From Cenococcum geophilum (lineage: Eukaryota), in NCBI GenBank assembly GCA_050273025.1, contig CP158635.1:19840001-19904000 (forward strand): a stretch of DNA of 64,000 nt, in the 5' to 3' direction. Shown in pieces: positions 49,761 to 64,000 of the stretch. Made by a program: the position numbers and the translations under genes. The stretch's first letter is position 1, and each line of letters starts with the position of its first letter. The notes under the pieces are model-generated. The model was not told the origin of the DNA. It saw nothing but the letters and a program-made list of their open reading frames with translations, and searched no databases.

Positions 49761-52700
49761 TGTAACGGAACCTTGTAGCAAGAACTACGGTAGGTCCTGT
49801 TATTGGGCTAGGTGTATAGGAAATACAAAGATAGTAGTTAACAAGTAATAATAACTGGTGGAGTGGTTGCCTAACAGATTAACTCTAATTATATTCTAAG
49901 AATCACTATAAGGAAGGAACTATCTAGGTAGGGACTAAAGGTCCTTAAATACACAACCGTACTCCTATAAAATCCTTCTTATACGTAATATACGTCTTAT
50001 ACATAAGGTACGTAAGTTCCTCTCGTTCCTTTTATTTAATACGTAGCATATTATATAACCTTAGCTACTATTCCTCGTCACATAGTTCTACTGGTTCCAT
50101 CCTAGACCGTACCTAAATTAACTAACTAGCTTCTTCTAACTCTTCCCTAAGTAGTTATAATATTATACTTAAAGCGTCTATAACACTATCTCCCTCCTCT
50201 TTATCTTCGTCCTTAAAGATTCCTAATATCTCTAAGTTATTTACTAGAGGTATAATATCCATCTAATTAATTTAGTTAATATTATTGCTTATTATACCTA
50301 AAGCAATTTCTTCTTCACACGCCTAACGTCGTGCTCGCACTATTGCTGCAATATTATCTCTTAGTGAGATTATACTATCTCCATATTCTCGCTGTTTAAA
50401 AGAGGAGTTAGTTTATATTGCGTTAGCAAACCTATTTTTACAATAACTGTCCTCTTGCTTAGAGTGCACTAAAGCAAATATTTATTCGTCCTGTAACGTT
50501 CGCTCTACGTCTAATGCTAAATATACGCGACCTATTACTCTTAATAGTCGTCTAGTTCCCTAATTAATTTGTCTTAGGGTCTTATATTTAATCTACTACT
50601 ACACAGCTAGATAGTAAACTGTCTTAAGCCCTTGCTAAGTTAAAACGTTCTTATAATACGGAATAGAAGGCCCTAAATACTTAGATCGCGGCGTCTACTT
50701 ATTTACTTTGTCTTAAGAAGGTTTATAAGAAGGTTTGTTTTAAGGAGTAGAAACTTATAGAATAGGGTTTATAGGAACTTGGTAATAAAAGAACGGATTC
50801 TCTTCTAATAGAGAAGGAAATAGATCTAAGTAGCTCGGTAACTACTCTTCTTAGGTCCCCCTTAAGTAACTTATTCTTTAGCAATCCTTCTTTATTAATA
50901 CTACCTAACCTAATCTCCTCTAATGCTTCTATACCTTTCCTATAGCGTTTTTTAAATTCTCTAGTAGTTCCTAGGTAGTCTTAGTATAGCCTATCCACTT
51001 AACCTTATACCATATTTCATTGTTAATATTCTTATAACTAATAATCTTCAAAACTTACTATTCGTCTTCCTCTTATCCTCTATACGTGTTTGCTTTATAG
51101 ATTAGTAGCTTAATATTCCTGTATGCTAGCTCTAGTATTACGATATACTATATAGGGTAGATCTTTATTTTAGCTAGTAAGTTTAACTTAAACGTAACTA
51201 GTGAAATCCTTTATATAATTTTAAAAGGTCCTAGTCTAATATAGTCCAACTTCTTACTTAGTCGTTAACTTTTGAAATTTTTGTGTAGTAGCTATACTTT
51301 ATCTCCCTCCTTAAGATCTAGTCCCTTAGATCTCTTAGTATCGTAGTACCTTTTTATTCTCTCTTATACTTTCTTTACTAATTCTATAAGGTCTATATAA
51401 AGATTTATTAACGTCTTTATCCTTTCTTTAACTATGCTACTTGTTTTCTTTACTTACCGTAGCAATAACGATATTCTTAGCTTATATCCTTAATTCGCCT
51501 TAAATAGTAATATGCCTATGCCTTTCTGTAGCGTTACGTTATATATAAACTATATAACTAGTAATAGTAATACCCAATTATTCTATATATAATTAATATA
51601 ATGCCTTAAATACTACTCTAGTATCTAGTTTAATCTTTCCGTTTAACCGTCTGTCTACGGATAATATACGGTAAAAGTTACTACTTAAACTCCTTACTCC
51701 GCTAAAAATACCTCCTAGAATACTACTATAAATCTTAAATCTCTATCCGATATAATTTTACTTAGTGCTCTATATCTTATAAACACTTCCTTAATATAGA
51801 TTTTAGCGACATCTTCCGCTAAGATTTCTTCTATATATACTATAAAGTATCCCCACTTTATAAGCTTATCTACTATTACTAAAATTATATTATAATCTTA
51901 TCCGGTAATAGGATCTCTTAACTTTAGTAACTTAATAATAAAGTCCTATAATATAACCTCCTATAGTCTCTCTAGTATTTTAATAGGTTATAGCCCTCTA
52001 TATAGCTTATACCTTATTAGTTTATTTCTTTAGCAATCTAGACACTCCTTTATAACCTTCCTAGCTATCCTCTAGATTCCATTAATAATATACTCCTCCT
52101 AGAGTCTTAATACTAAGCCTATAGCTCCATTATGTCCTTAAGTTAATCCCTTATAGAACTCTTCCATAAATTACTCTGCTATACTTCTTAGGATATACTT
52201 CACTTCTTAATTTTTATATATATCCGTCTATAGATCTTCTAGCTATACTTTTAGAATCCTTTATACCCAAAAGCTCTTTAGTATCTTATAGACTCTTTCT
52301 AACTTATTTTCTTAAGTTACTATAATCTTTAGATAATTATACCTAATCAGTCCATCTATATCTTTTCGCAGTAAAGCCCCTAATGGCTTCTTATTATTTT
52401 ATAGTTTAGCTTTACGTCTTAGAGCATCTACCCGCGTATTGTCTGTACCCTTAGTATACTAAATCTTAAAATAGTATTCTATAAGTATCTCTGCCTATCT
52501 AACCTATCTTTAGTTAAGTTCCTTTATTATTAAGAATCCTATTAGGTTCTTATAATCCATCTTAACTATAAATAGTTTCTCTATACCTTATAAGAATGCT
52601 CTCTATTTCTTTAATGCTATAACTATACCTAATAACTCCTTATTGTAAATGTTATAGTTTAACTCTAGTAGTATTATCTTCCGACTATAATATACCACTA

Positions 52701-55700
52701 GGTGCCATCCATCTTAATGCCTTTATATAAAGCACGCCCCTAATATATAGTCTAATACATCTATCTCTACAACCGTCTTTAGTTCTAGTTAATAGATCTT
52801 AAGAACTGGCTCCTAGGTAAACAACTCTTTAACTTTCTTAAAGAGTTCTCGCTGTTCCTCTCCCCATACCTATAGTTCTTCTTTCTTCGTTAATTACGTA
52901 AGTGGCTTAATATCTTTTAACTACTGCGCTATAAACCTTCTGCAGTAATTGCAAAACCCTAGAAATAATCTTAATTGCGTAACGTTCTCTAGTTCTTGCC
53001 AATTTACTATAGCCTTAATCTTCTTTAGATCTATACTAAGTTGGCCTAGTTTAATAATAAATTTAATAAAATCGGTCTTCCTAGTAAAGAACTCGCATTT
53101 CTTAATTACTACTAGCATCTATTCTTCTTATAGTCTCTTTAAAACCTATTTAATGTATTCCCCGTGTTCTTCCTTAGTTATTAAGTAGATAATAATATCG
53201 TCGAGATATACCATAATAAATTCATCTAAGTATTCTCCTAATATATTGTTAATACGCTTCTAGAACGTTGCTAGTGCATTTATAAGCCCGAATTGCATAA
53301 CTAATAGTTTATATAGTCCTTCCTTTAACCTAAAGGCTGCCTTCCATTTATTGCCTTCCTTAATTTTAATCTAATAGTGCGCCCATCTTAGATCTATCTT
53401 TATAAAGATTTGCGCATTACCTATCCTATCTTAGATTTCGCTAATTAAGGGTAAAGGATACCTATTCTTTCTTATAATGCTGTTTAACTATCTATAGTTA
53501 ATACACAGCCTTAGTTTACCATTCTTCTTTAGTACGAATAGTACTGGATAACCCGCTAATAACTACAATAGTCTAATATATCCCTTTTATAAGTTTTCCT
53601 AGATAAACTCTTTTAATGCTCTACCTTCTTCTTTAGTAAGCTTATAGATTATAAAGAACCTTAGACTTATTCCTAGTTCTAATTCTATCTTATAGTCCTA
53701 TACTATATACTCTAACAGCTTTTTACTCTCTAGTGACCATAGTTTCTTACTATACTTATGGTATCTCTTTAGTATATAGCTTAGCCCTTTTTCCGTTTCT
53801 TTATAGGTCGCTTTTACTTAGTACTATACCAACTTAGCTTATTATTACATCTTACGGCGTTAAGTATCCCTAATATTAACCTAACCTATAATCTAATTAA
53901 TCTTTAGATTATATTCCTATAACTAAGGCATTCCTAATACTACCTTATTATTCCCTAATAGTAATATATTAAAAGACATTTTAATTTATCTCCCTTTAAT
54001 AATTAACTAAATAGGTCCTATTTTAAGATTAATAATCCCTCCTCTATAGGCTATTAGATCTCCTAAAATTGTCACTAATAGGTAAGGCTCCTCTTTTTGT
54101 CTATAAGGTAATCTTATCCTTTTAACTATTACTAGCAAAATATAGTTCCTTATTGCTCCACTATCTATTAATGCCTTAAACTATTAATCTTGCCATTTAA
54201 CTCGTAAATTTAGGTATCGTCCTTAAATTCCTTTAAGGGTTTAAGGCTCTACTACTGGCTCCCTTTAGTCCCGTAGGCCTCTACTTTTCCTAACTATTAG
54301 CTACTTAATCCTATCACATTTGGTTTACTCTTTAGCCAATACCTAGTTTACTTTTTGTCTTTAATATACCATAGATACGTATTCTCTAGGTATTCCTACT
54401 ACTATTATCCTTCTAAGCATTCTTCCGTAAGGAATCTTCCTGGTTAAAGTATTAAATTTTCTTCCTCTTAGACTTCTGCTAGATGCCATCCGTATATATA
54501 TTTAGTATTTCTATACTATTACTTATCCGTTATCTAGTATATCCTTATAGGGTATTTCTAATTCTTTTCCTTTGGATTCTTGTGCATTTCGTATATATTA
54601 TCTATGTACGCAATCCTTAATAACGTATGGTATGCTAGGTGCTTTAGGTTAACTCTTAGCTTGTCTTTATCCCTAAGTTTAAACCTCTATTATACTAATC
54701 TAAACGTTATAACTTTATTTATAGGTACTAAGATATGTCTCTTACTTCTCTAATCCTCTAATTGTTCCTTTAGATCCTTTAACGTTATAATTAAGGCTCC
54801 TTTAATATAAGTTATAGCCTTTTCTATAATTGGGTGGTCCTAGATAACTTTTTTATCCAACTATATATAGAAATCTTCCTACTTATTGTTGCGCCTCTGC
54901 CTATATCACTTTTGGTACAGCTACTAGAGTGTATATAGCCTGTCTATAAGGAAGTATCTTCTCATTGCTATATTATAACAGCCCTTTATATGTCATTCTT
55001 CGAACCTTATAGGAATTCCTAGATCCTCTTCGTTTTCCAGTTCGGTAAGCCACTTAGCTCTTAGTATGCCTGCTCTTAGCCTATTAGTAATTCTTTATAC
55101 TAGCGCTCTATCCCTTATACGTCCCAATATGCTAGATCTCTTATCTAGTTTCTATTCTTACTATACAATAATTCTTACTCTAAATTCGTCCATAGTTTCC
55201 TTTAGTTTATACCTTGCGCTTAGATCCTCAAAGTTGTCTTACTTCTTAATCTTAGTATTAACTTTTTGATCTTTAGTCCAAACACTATATTCTACTAGTA
55301 AGTCCTCTAAGTCCATATATCTGTCTCCTAATCTAGTTACTATTTATATCGCAGATTCTCTAATCTATAAAGAAGCTCCTTACTTCTTACCTATAGGTGT
55401 CCTAATTCGCACTCCGAATTCTTAACCCCTTAGATTCTTTAATCCTAAGCTTGCTTCTAACTTAAGCTTAGCTCCAGCCTTAGTCTAACTAAGCTTACTT
55501 AGTGTTCTTATCTCGTCTTAAAAGTCTTAAATCTCACTTATCTCGTCTTAAAAATCTTATACCTATAGAAATCTTCGTCCCGAGCTTATTTGTATATCTT
55601 TAAACTAAGCTACTGCTCTGCTCCATTGGTTATTGTCTATTATAGGTCCTTAAGCTTGCCTTATCTTATTTTAAGAGTCTTAGTTATCTCTTATCTTATC

Positions 55701-57715
55701 TTAAGAATCTTAAGCCTTTAGCTTCTTGCCTTTATTAAGTGCCAAAGTAGTTTACTATTCTACTTCTCTTGCGTCTTACGAAGCGATAGACATTGTATCT
55801 AGTAGGGTCTTAATCCCTACTAATATTTCCTATTCTGTAGTGGAATTATCCTCTACCTCTAGTATAATATCTCCAATGGCTACGTGTTCCCAGTAAACCG
55901 CCCTTATTGCCTTATTATTACAAAATATTTCGCCTATATTAAATTTATCGTCCTTAATATCCAATCTATGAACTGGTTTATTGGTTCCTCTATATCCTAT
56001 AGGTGCTAACTCCTATAGCTAATAGCTTACGCTATACTTAGCGTCTTTATAAATTTAGTATGCGTTATTATAACAAAACGTAAAACTTTTAATTAAATAC
56101 TCTTTTGTTCCTTATAGCACACTATCGTCCCTCTATACGTATGTATCGTCTACCGCTAGTCTAGTTCCCTTTATTGCATAGTACTTCTAACCATCTTTAC
56201 AATCCCTCGCAAAGTGACCCTATTTTCCGCAATTTATGTAAGCTCCATTTCTAAACTATTAACTTTATTATAGAGTCCGCCTAAACGTCTTCTGCTACTA
56301 AGATCCCTAGTTTAGCCTCTGCTCCTTAGTCCTATAATCACTAAATCCTTAACCTCTAGGTTTTTACGGTTTCTTACTCTATCTTTTATAGGCTTCTTTA
56401 GTACCACTTAGGTCCATTAGCTCTACGCTATACTATAGTTTCTAACTTAGCTTTAGTTATTGCGTACTCTATGCCTTATATAACTATAGAACTCTATCCT
56501 AACCTTTTTTAGCCTATTCCCTTTAGTAGATCCAATTGTCAATCTTAATTACCTAATCTATTAGTTCCCTTAGGGTATCCGCATTTTCCATTAGAATAAT
56601 TACGTCCTAGACTTTAGCCTTAAGTCCCTATTTATACTATGCTATAAGCGCCCTATTATTCCACTTAACTTATATTACTAGCGTCTAGAACTACATTGTA
56701 TACTTAATTGTTAAGGTTCGCTGCATAATATCTTAGAGTTTTTTTTCCGCTATAGTTACTGCCTCTAGGTCTCTAAATATTTGTATAAGTTGCTCCATAA
56801 ATCCATTCCAGCTTAAGAACATAAACCGTACCTCTTAGTTTATAGTCGTTATTCCATTTACCTAGATTTCCGTAAGGTAAGGCTTAAACTACTTAAATGC
56901 TCTTCCTATTAGGAACAATCCTGCGTACGCTATTTAATCCATAGGTGTTACCAGCTTAGCTCCCTCTTGCGCTACTTTAAAGTATATTTATATAAAGAAT
57001 CCTTTAAGTTTTAATCTCTCTCCCAAGTATCTTTTAATTGATGGTAACTTAACCTTTACTGCGCCTATCCCGTTAATCCTATTTTCTAACGTCACATTAT
57101 TTTCTATTAACTAGTTAACTATCTCTTATAGTTATCTGACCGTTACAGGTTACTATAAGTTAGTATTTGCTATACTAGTGTCGTTACCTAACCTTGATAT
57201 AGTTGCCGCCGTTAATAGCGTTATAGTGGCTGCTTTTGGTGGCATATTATCCGACTTACTATATTTAATACTATAACTAGGTAGTAATTGTGTAACGGAA
57301 CCTTATAGCAAGAACTACGGTAGGTCCTATTATTGGGCTAGGTATATAGGAAATATAAAGATAGTAGTTAATAAGTAATAATAACTGGTGGAGTGGTTGC
57401 CTAATAGATTAACTCCAATTATATTCTAAGAATTACTATAAGGAAGGAACTATCTAGGTAGGGATTAAGGGTCCTTAAATACACAACCGTACTCCTATAA
57501 AATCCTTCTTATATATAATATACGTCTTATATATAAGGTACGTAAGTTCCTCTCATTCCTCTCGTTTAATACGTAGCACATTATATAACCTCGGCTACCA
57601 TTCCTCGTCACATGGTTCTACCGGTTCTATCCTAAACCATGCCTAAATTAACTAACTAGCTTCTTCCAACTCTTCCCCAAGTAGTCGTAACATTGTACTT
57701 AAAGCGTCCGTAACA
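49761..57715 (-). mobile_element. Complete chromodomain Ty3/Gypsy retrotransposon (7955 bp), RIP-inactivated
   Basis: 425-bp LTRs (49761-50185 and 57291-57715), TSD AATTC, PPT at 50186-50200. gag with zinc knuckle (~56195-56245), protease ALIDSGA (~54155-54175), RT YLDD (53197-53208), RNase H, integrase and chromodomain. Confidence 0.96.
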
Positions 57716-60201
57716 AATTCTGCCAAATTTTATTAGCTTAATTAACTTCTGCCAAATTCTGCTAAATTAATTAAATTTTACCGAAGTCTGTTAAAAACCG
57801 CGTGTGTATATGCGCACGCATTGACCACTAAGCCCCTAACTATTTAATTATATGATTCTCTTATTATTCCCTTCTCTTCTTTACACAACGTTTTATTCCT
57901 AGCGAGAGCTATATACCCTTAGATTTAGATAAAATTTATATCGTTCCTTTAAATCTTTTTTAAAGTCTCTTCGCGCCCTTACAAGGAGCGATATATATTA
58001 AAATGGTTACTATAAGGGAAACCTACTTTCTTACTTTTATAGCTATAGCGTTAATAAGGATTCTTGGTTTTAATATAGGCTATTTTAGTGCCCAGATTAG
58101 CTCTATAGGAATTCTAGCTTAGCCTTATTTAGCGGGGTATATAAACGCTAAATTCGCCATATATAGCTAGGACTTAATCGCCGCTATATTACTTAGCGCT
58201 ATTTAATAGCAAAAATAACGCTTATATATATATATATATATTTCGTCATCTTAATTATATAAGTCTACCTTTTTAAATTAAAGAATAAAGATAGGAAAGG
58301 ATATAGCTACTATAGTTAGCGTTAGAACTAATAGTTATAGGCATAGTGTTATAGTGGTAAAGTACTGCCGCATCCTTACTGCTTAGTTATTAGCATAATA
58401 CAGCCAACTAGTTCTTTAATAACTACTACTTAGCTCCGCAATGCAGCTAAACTTATAGCATAGCGTATAGGTATTTACGTTATATACTTACTTAAAAGAA
58501 CATAAGTATATTACACCTTCTATATATATTCCCTACTAATACCACAAGCTATATCTTTAACGTAAATAGCTTTATTAAGCTAAGCCCTTATTATATAGCA
58601 CTTTCTCCTTTATATACTTTTAGGGTATAGTTAACCTAATAGCTATAAAATCCTCCAACTGGTACAGTCTGGCAATTTTATCTAAAATCTAAATTTAAGT
58701 ATATTAAGTATTATCCTTAGTAATAACCTTCTTTATTTAGGCAATAGTATTAAAACTGATATATTAATTGATCTAGAAGAAAGACACTATTTATATATAA
58801 AGGAGTAGACTAGGTTAGTAACTAAGTTAGTAACTAAGTTATAAATAGGGGGCCCACCCTATAAAACTCTTAAACTAAACTATATTTAATATCTAATATA
58901 TAGCGTTATGCTTATAAAGGTGTTAAAACGGCCCTTAATTAGTAGGCCTATTAGGATATAGAGGTTAGGGCTAGGCATAAGCCTTAATCTCCCTTATTAA
59001 GTCCTTCTTTACGTTATATCTTATATATAGATTACAATTCTAGTCTATAGTAGAGAGCTCTACGTTTTTATAAAATCTTTAAAAGTATAATATTAATTTA
59101 GCTTAACTCTAGGACTAGTTTAACTTATCTATATTACTAATTAATTACTTAATATTCTATAGTTCTATCTTAAAATAAACTCCTTCTACTATATATAGAC
59201 TTTAGTTTATTTAAAAGCAGCTATAATTGTTCCTTCCGCATTTTAAATATATATAATATACGCATTATATTTCTTAATCCTAATTTGGGAACCTAGGATT
59301 CCTTCTATATAACTTTATAGTATTTACCTTATAAAGTAAGTCTTTCCTTAATAATATCCTCTATTTTCTACTTTTACTTATTTTAAAGCTAAGGCAAATA
59401 TAATATAATACCTTCTTAGTAATATGCTATATATTTACTGGCGAGTTAGTAGATAATAGGTATTATGCCTAATATTAAGCAATATTCCTCCTACTAGATA
59501 TTAAAATCCTACCTAAGCTACTATTACTACTTAAATTATTGTAATCTTTAACGATTTTATTAAAGAAGTTGTCTTTACTTTAAAACCCATTTAAATCCAA
59601 GCTAGCGGCTGCTTTAGAGTAAATATAAGGTTAGGAATATCTTTAAGAGAGCTTATTCTCTTCTAAGACAAGCTAAAGAAGTAGGAATTTTAGATTTCTT
59701 AAGGGATAAAGAGTTTTTAGATAAGCCATTGGAGGTAGAAGACTTAAAGTAAAAAAATACGTAAGTTAAGTAGATATTATAGATAGAAGAAAGGGTTTTT
59801 ATTTTTATTAGTATATTCTAAGAATATATTTCTATTTTTAAACTTATTTAGTATATAATATAAAATAGAACAGTTTAGGGAGTGACTAAATTAGAAAGGT
59901 AACTAATAAGGTATATAGATTAACTTGGAATAGAACTTAAAATAGAACTTATATAACTTAAAAATAAGTATATATTTAATATAAATATATATCTTACTCT
60001 TAGTCTAGGTCTATACTTTAGGTTATTAATTTAATATAAAACTAGTTCTCTCTCTATTACTGTTCTCGTTAGTAAGTTATAATATTAACCTTAAATTCTA
60101 ATTTAATAGAGATATAGAGAATTTAATTAATATTAAGTTAAAATTTAAGCTAGTTAAAGCTATTTAATCCAATCTATAGAGCAATTAGCTGGCGCCCTTT
60201 T

Positions 60202-60487
60202 TGTAACAAAGTCTTATAGAAAATACTACAATAGACTTATTAAAGGGCTAGGTATATAGGTATAGAATAGTTAATAATATAAACATAACTAGTAAAGTAA
60301 GTTGCTTAATAGATTAACTCTAATTATATTCTAAGATTTACTATAAGAAGAGAACTATCTAGGTAGGGACTATAGTCCTTTAAATATATAATACTGCGCC
60401 TAAGAAATATACTAAGTATGTTAGTATATTAGTATATTAGTATATCGCGTTTTTATATTCTAAACTTATAATATAACTACTATAATA
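60202..60487. repeat. Solo or partial LTR related to the 425-bp LTR family
   Basis: Starts TGTAAC. Shares GTTGC.TAATAGATTAACTC.AATTATATTCTAAGA.T.ACTATAAG.A..AACTATCTAGGTAGGGA with 49867-49935. The right end is uncertain. Confidence 0.7.
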
Positions 60488-60489
60488 TT

Positions 60490-61857
60490 TATAAACCTAT
60501 TATTGTTAGGCAGGTTAACTATAAAGTTAATTAAGATATTTCGCCATCTTTACATTGGAATTGGCAATAGTTAAAGTACTCCTTACTTCTTTATATAAGA
60601 GGTCTTCCCACGTACGTATATTCTATATACTTAAACGTATTTTTGTATATAGTCGTGCATTATAGGCTAGTAATATACTCGTTAGATAGTCTTATAGGTC
60701 TTTATACGGCCAGGGTGCCCTACTACAGGGGAATTATATATAAATTCGAGTATTTTAAATCGTAAGGGTTTGGAATTCGGGACTACTATCTTCTATTAAT
60801 AGTACAACTGATTATTACGGATTTCGTATTTAGCGAGTGTAATATCCTTATATTGCCGTTTCTCTATTTAAATTGCTTTTATTATATTTACTATCTAGGG
60901 GTTATTCTTATATTTGTGCTCTATTAATTTATCAATTTCTATATCCCACTTATTAATTTCCAATTCATTTCTGTTAAGCTCCGCGTCTAAAAATATAGGG
61001 CGTAGTTTCTTAAAGCGTTTAGGGGGTAGTAAAATTTATAATTAATTTATAATCCGTTTATTAAAGGCATTTATAGGTAAGTTCTATAATTATTATATTA
61101 ATAAGTTAGGCTTCTAATTAAGTTTACTAGGTCGGTACGTAATCTTAAAGTTAAATTATAAAAGGTATTCGGCCTAACGAATTTGGCGCTACGTTAATTG
61201 CTTTATAGTTATAAAGTACTGCAGGTTTTTATGGTCCGTTAATACGCGTATTAGGAATAATAATCCTTTAAGTTCTAGACGCTATTGTTTAAAGTATCTA
61301 ATAATTGCAAGCAGTTCCTTATTATATATCTTATAGTTTAATTTAGTAGGGGTAAGTTTCCGGGAGAGAAAGGCTACTAGGCGTAGCTCGCCGTTCTTAT
61401 TATAGTGCGATAACACTCCTCCTAGTGTATAATTAGACAAGTCTGTTTTAACAATGTATTTAAGGTCCGGATTAAAGTAGGTAAAAATTAGAGTAGTTAT
61501 AAAATAATATTTTAGGTTGTTAAAAGCTTATTTATATTTAGTAGTCTATTTAAATCTTATGTTCTTTCTTATTAAGTTTACTAATAGCTAAACAATTTTT
61601 AAGAAGTGATTAATAAATTAACAATAGAAATTTGCGAATTCTAGAAATCCTTAGATATTTTATATACTACTAGGACTTTTCTAGTTTATAATTACAGCGA
61701 TTTTTTTAGGGTCTATTTTAATTCCGTTGCGGGATATAATTAGGCCTAAGTACATAACTTCGGACGTATAAAACTTATATTTCTTAATGTTGTATTATAA
61801 GCCTACGTCTTATAGGCGTTTAAAGACTATTTAGACGTGCTTCTGATACTTAGAAAG
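60490..61857 (-). mobile_element. Ty3/Gypsy pol fragment (end of RT, RNase H, integrase zinc finger), RIPed
   Basis: Relics GFLGFANFY..FI..FS, ETD.SDY..GGVLS, NYEIYDKELLAII, TDHKNLQYF and AGHPGR..TY.LS.EYYWP. Confidence 0.85.
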
Positions 61858-63350
61858 CAAAAATAAATAATAATAATTCATTGCTTAACGTCCGATTTGG
61901 ATCCCTATTAGGCCCACACGGACTACTCCTTATTTACATATAGGGAGAAAACTCAACTTAAGAAAGACTTAACTTGAGAAAACCCCATAATCCATCTCCC
62001 TGCCTCTTAGGACTCGCCTATAAGGCGCCTACGAGGCGCCTATAAGGCGCCTGCGAGTTATCTATAGTGCTCCTACTACCTTACTTTTTGACCTCCTTGG
62101 GAACCACTACTGCCGTAACTAGCCTACGGACGCGCTAGTATTATATACTTTACTCTGCTACTATAGAGTCATTAGGAGGCACCCGTTGCTCGCCCCCCCA
62201 CCCTCTATTATTATTTCCTTTATAACCCAGAACTGGTTTAGTACATTTTAGCTAATAAGCCACTAGGTAACCGCCTTAAGGCCTTTTTATATTAAGAGCA
62301 GTATCTTATAGTTCTCTATACCAGCTACTAAGAGTATTACTTCTTAGTTAGTGCATAAGGGGCATAATAGTATTACGTGTTTTAGTGTCTGTCTTAACCA
62401 GCCATATTTATATCTTAGGCTACCTACTAGGATACCTACCTAGTAGAGCCAGTCTTTTAGTCCTATTATTCCTGTTCTTAAAAGCGTTACTATTATATTT
62501 TCTGCCTTTATTAGGCCTTTTTAGAGCCCTAAGGTGTCTACCCCCTATAGCATTAACTATGCTACGGCTTAGGTTCCTCTTACCTTAGTTAGCCTCTATA
62601 CCTTTAACTCCCATATACCTCTCTAGCGTTAGTCCAGCCAGTATTATATTGCGGTAGATAGTTTCCCGGCGTTCTTTTATACTCTACTTTAACTCCTTTC
62701 TCTCTCTTGCTGTTATCCTTACTGGCCTCTTATATATCTCCCTTTCTCCTCTATATAGGCCTAGGCCCTAAAGTAGCACTATTCTTCTTTTGCTTTCTTT
62801 ACCTGTTTCTCTAATATATCTTCCTTACTTTAGAGTTATTAGTTTATTCTCCTATAAGGCGCCCTAGGGTCCCTCTATAGTTTATTTAGATGTATCTTAA
62901 TATACTTTATAATATTAGAGTTACGTTCCTTTTACGCCCTTTATATTATAGCGGCTTTAATATATAGTTATAGGGGGGGAATATTAGCTTCCTTCTTAAG
63001 TAGAGCTGTGGCCGTTCGCTTATATCCGCCTATTATACTCTAAAGGCAGGCTATTTAGACCTTTTAGAGTGGTTTAAGGAGTAATTTAGGGGGGCCTTTC
63101 TTAGATTCTCTAATGGCCTAGATACTAGACCTATACGTTATAGTTGGCTAGATAACTGCTATATATAGTAGGCGTAACCTCTAGAAGTATAGACCCTATA
63201 TAAAATTAACAATCCTAAATAATATAATATACTATACTTAGCCCTTATAGGCCGCTTATGCCGTATATACGCTCCACTAGAGCTTACTATCTACCCATAC
63301 TCCTAATACTCTTAGGCCCTAAACTGGTTAACCCCTAAAGCCTTAAATGC
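61858..63350 (-). mobile_element. Second Tad1-like LINE copy, same family as 17534-18850, extending ~150 bp further 5'
   Basis: Colinear with the first copy from the (TAA)n tail and TTCATTGCTTAACGTCCGATT onward, with differences mainly C/T and G/A. The extra part reads LGVWVDSKL.W. No TSD found. Confidence 0.9.
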
Positions 63351-64000
63351 GAATTATATGCTAGAGATCTATAGATTGGTTACGTTTTCTTATAAAATAG
63401 ATTAGCTGGTATTTCTCTAGTAAGAATTGGACTCTATATTGTCTTGCCCATTCTATATAGGTATTTGTAAGCTTTGCAGTGTAGGAGAATTAAGTGAACG
63501 ACTTAATTGTAAATCTATGGAAATTAGGTGAAATATATACACAAAAGTAGAGCCCTGACAGTAGGGTCTATGACTTGATCTTTGACTTATTTGAGCTATA
63601 ATACGAGGTATGCGAGATATATGAAGGTAGTGCCAATACTGTCTTGGAGCCTTCTAGGCTACAGCCTTATATCTTGGCACAGTACCAGTAGTTAGTTACA
63701 CACCCCCCCAGATTTAACGGTGTAGTTAAAGCTATAGAAAATAAAAATGAAGGTAGGGGCTATACCAAAATAGGAAATTTAGATACAATTTGGGAGTAGC
63801 AAAAGAATGGGGTAACCGTGACTGATATTGCGAATATCGCGGATATTGCGGATATTGCAAATATTGCAATAATACTAGTTGCTAGATGATGCAGTAGTAA
63901 TCTGATATCGAATATCTACCAAATTCAACTGCTTTATCCATGCTTCGTGCTTTTGACGAGGTAAGATTTTTATAAGGCCGTCGGCAGGCATTTTGTCTAT

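Noticed and set aside
63820..63880. GATATTGCG repeats as a DNA-transposon terminus
   Set aside because: They are suggestive of hAT-like subterminal repeats, but no partner TIR, TSD or transposase is visible in the window.

Overview
Eukaryotic DNA from a filamentous ascomycete (Pezizomycotina-like). It is an AT-rich block of nested transposons that shows the repeat-induced point mutation (RIP) signature almost throughout: TpA excess, CpA/TpG loss, and LTR pairs differing mostly by C>T/G>A. Recognisable relics are a GalEa-type Copia, several chromodomain Ty3/Gypsy elements (two complete with TSDs), a non-autonomous LTR element, two copies of a Tad1-like LINE, two hAT elements with 8-bp TSDs, and piggyBac and pogo fragments. 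The only intact gene I can build is a 3-exon, 247-aa Pyr4/PaxB-type membrane terpene cyclase in a small RIP-free island (28951-29863). The most unusual feature is a ~15.6-kb RIP-degraded unit (8372-~24000) with repeat-rich ends. It carries two divergent helicase genes (SNF2-type, and CCHC zinc-knuckle + UPF1-like SF1) and no recognisable transposase. Its left-end sequence recurs at 31337 ahead of different relic genes (HET/TOL-like, HNH-like, AAA ATPase). Palindrome + CCAAT modules are shared between the 3' UTRs of unrelated Copia and Gypsy elements. Pseudogene protein motifs were read by mentally reversing RIP changes, so their boundaries are approximate. Most ORFs in the supplied track are spurious or are fragments.
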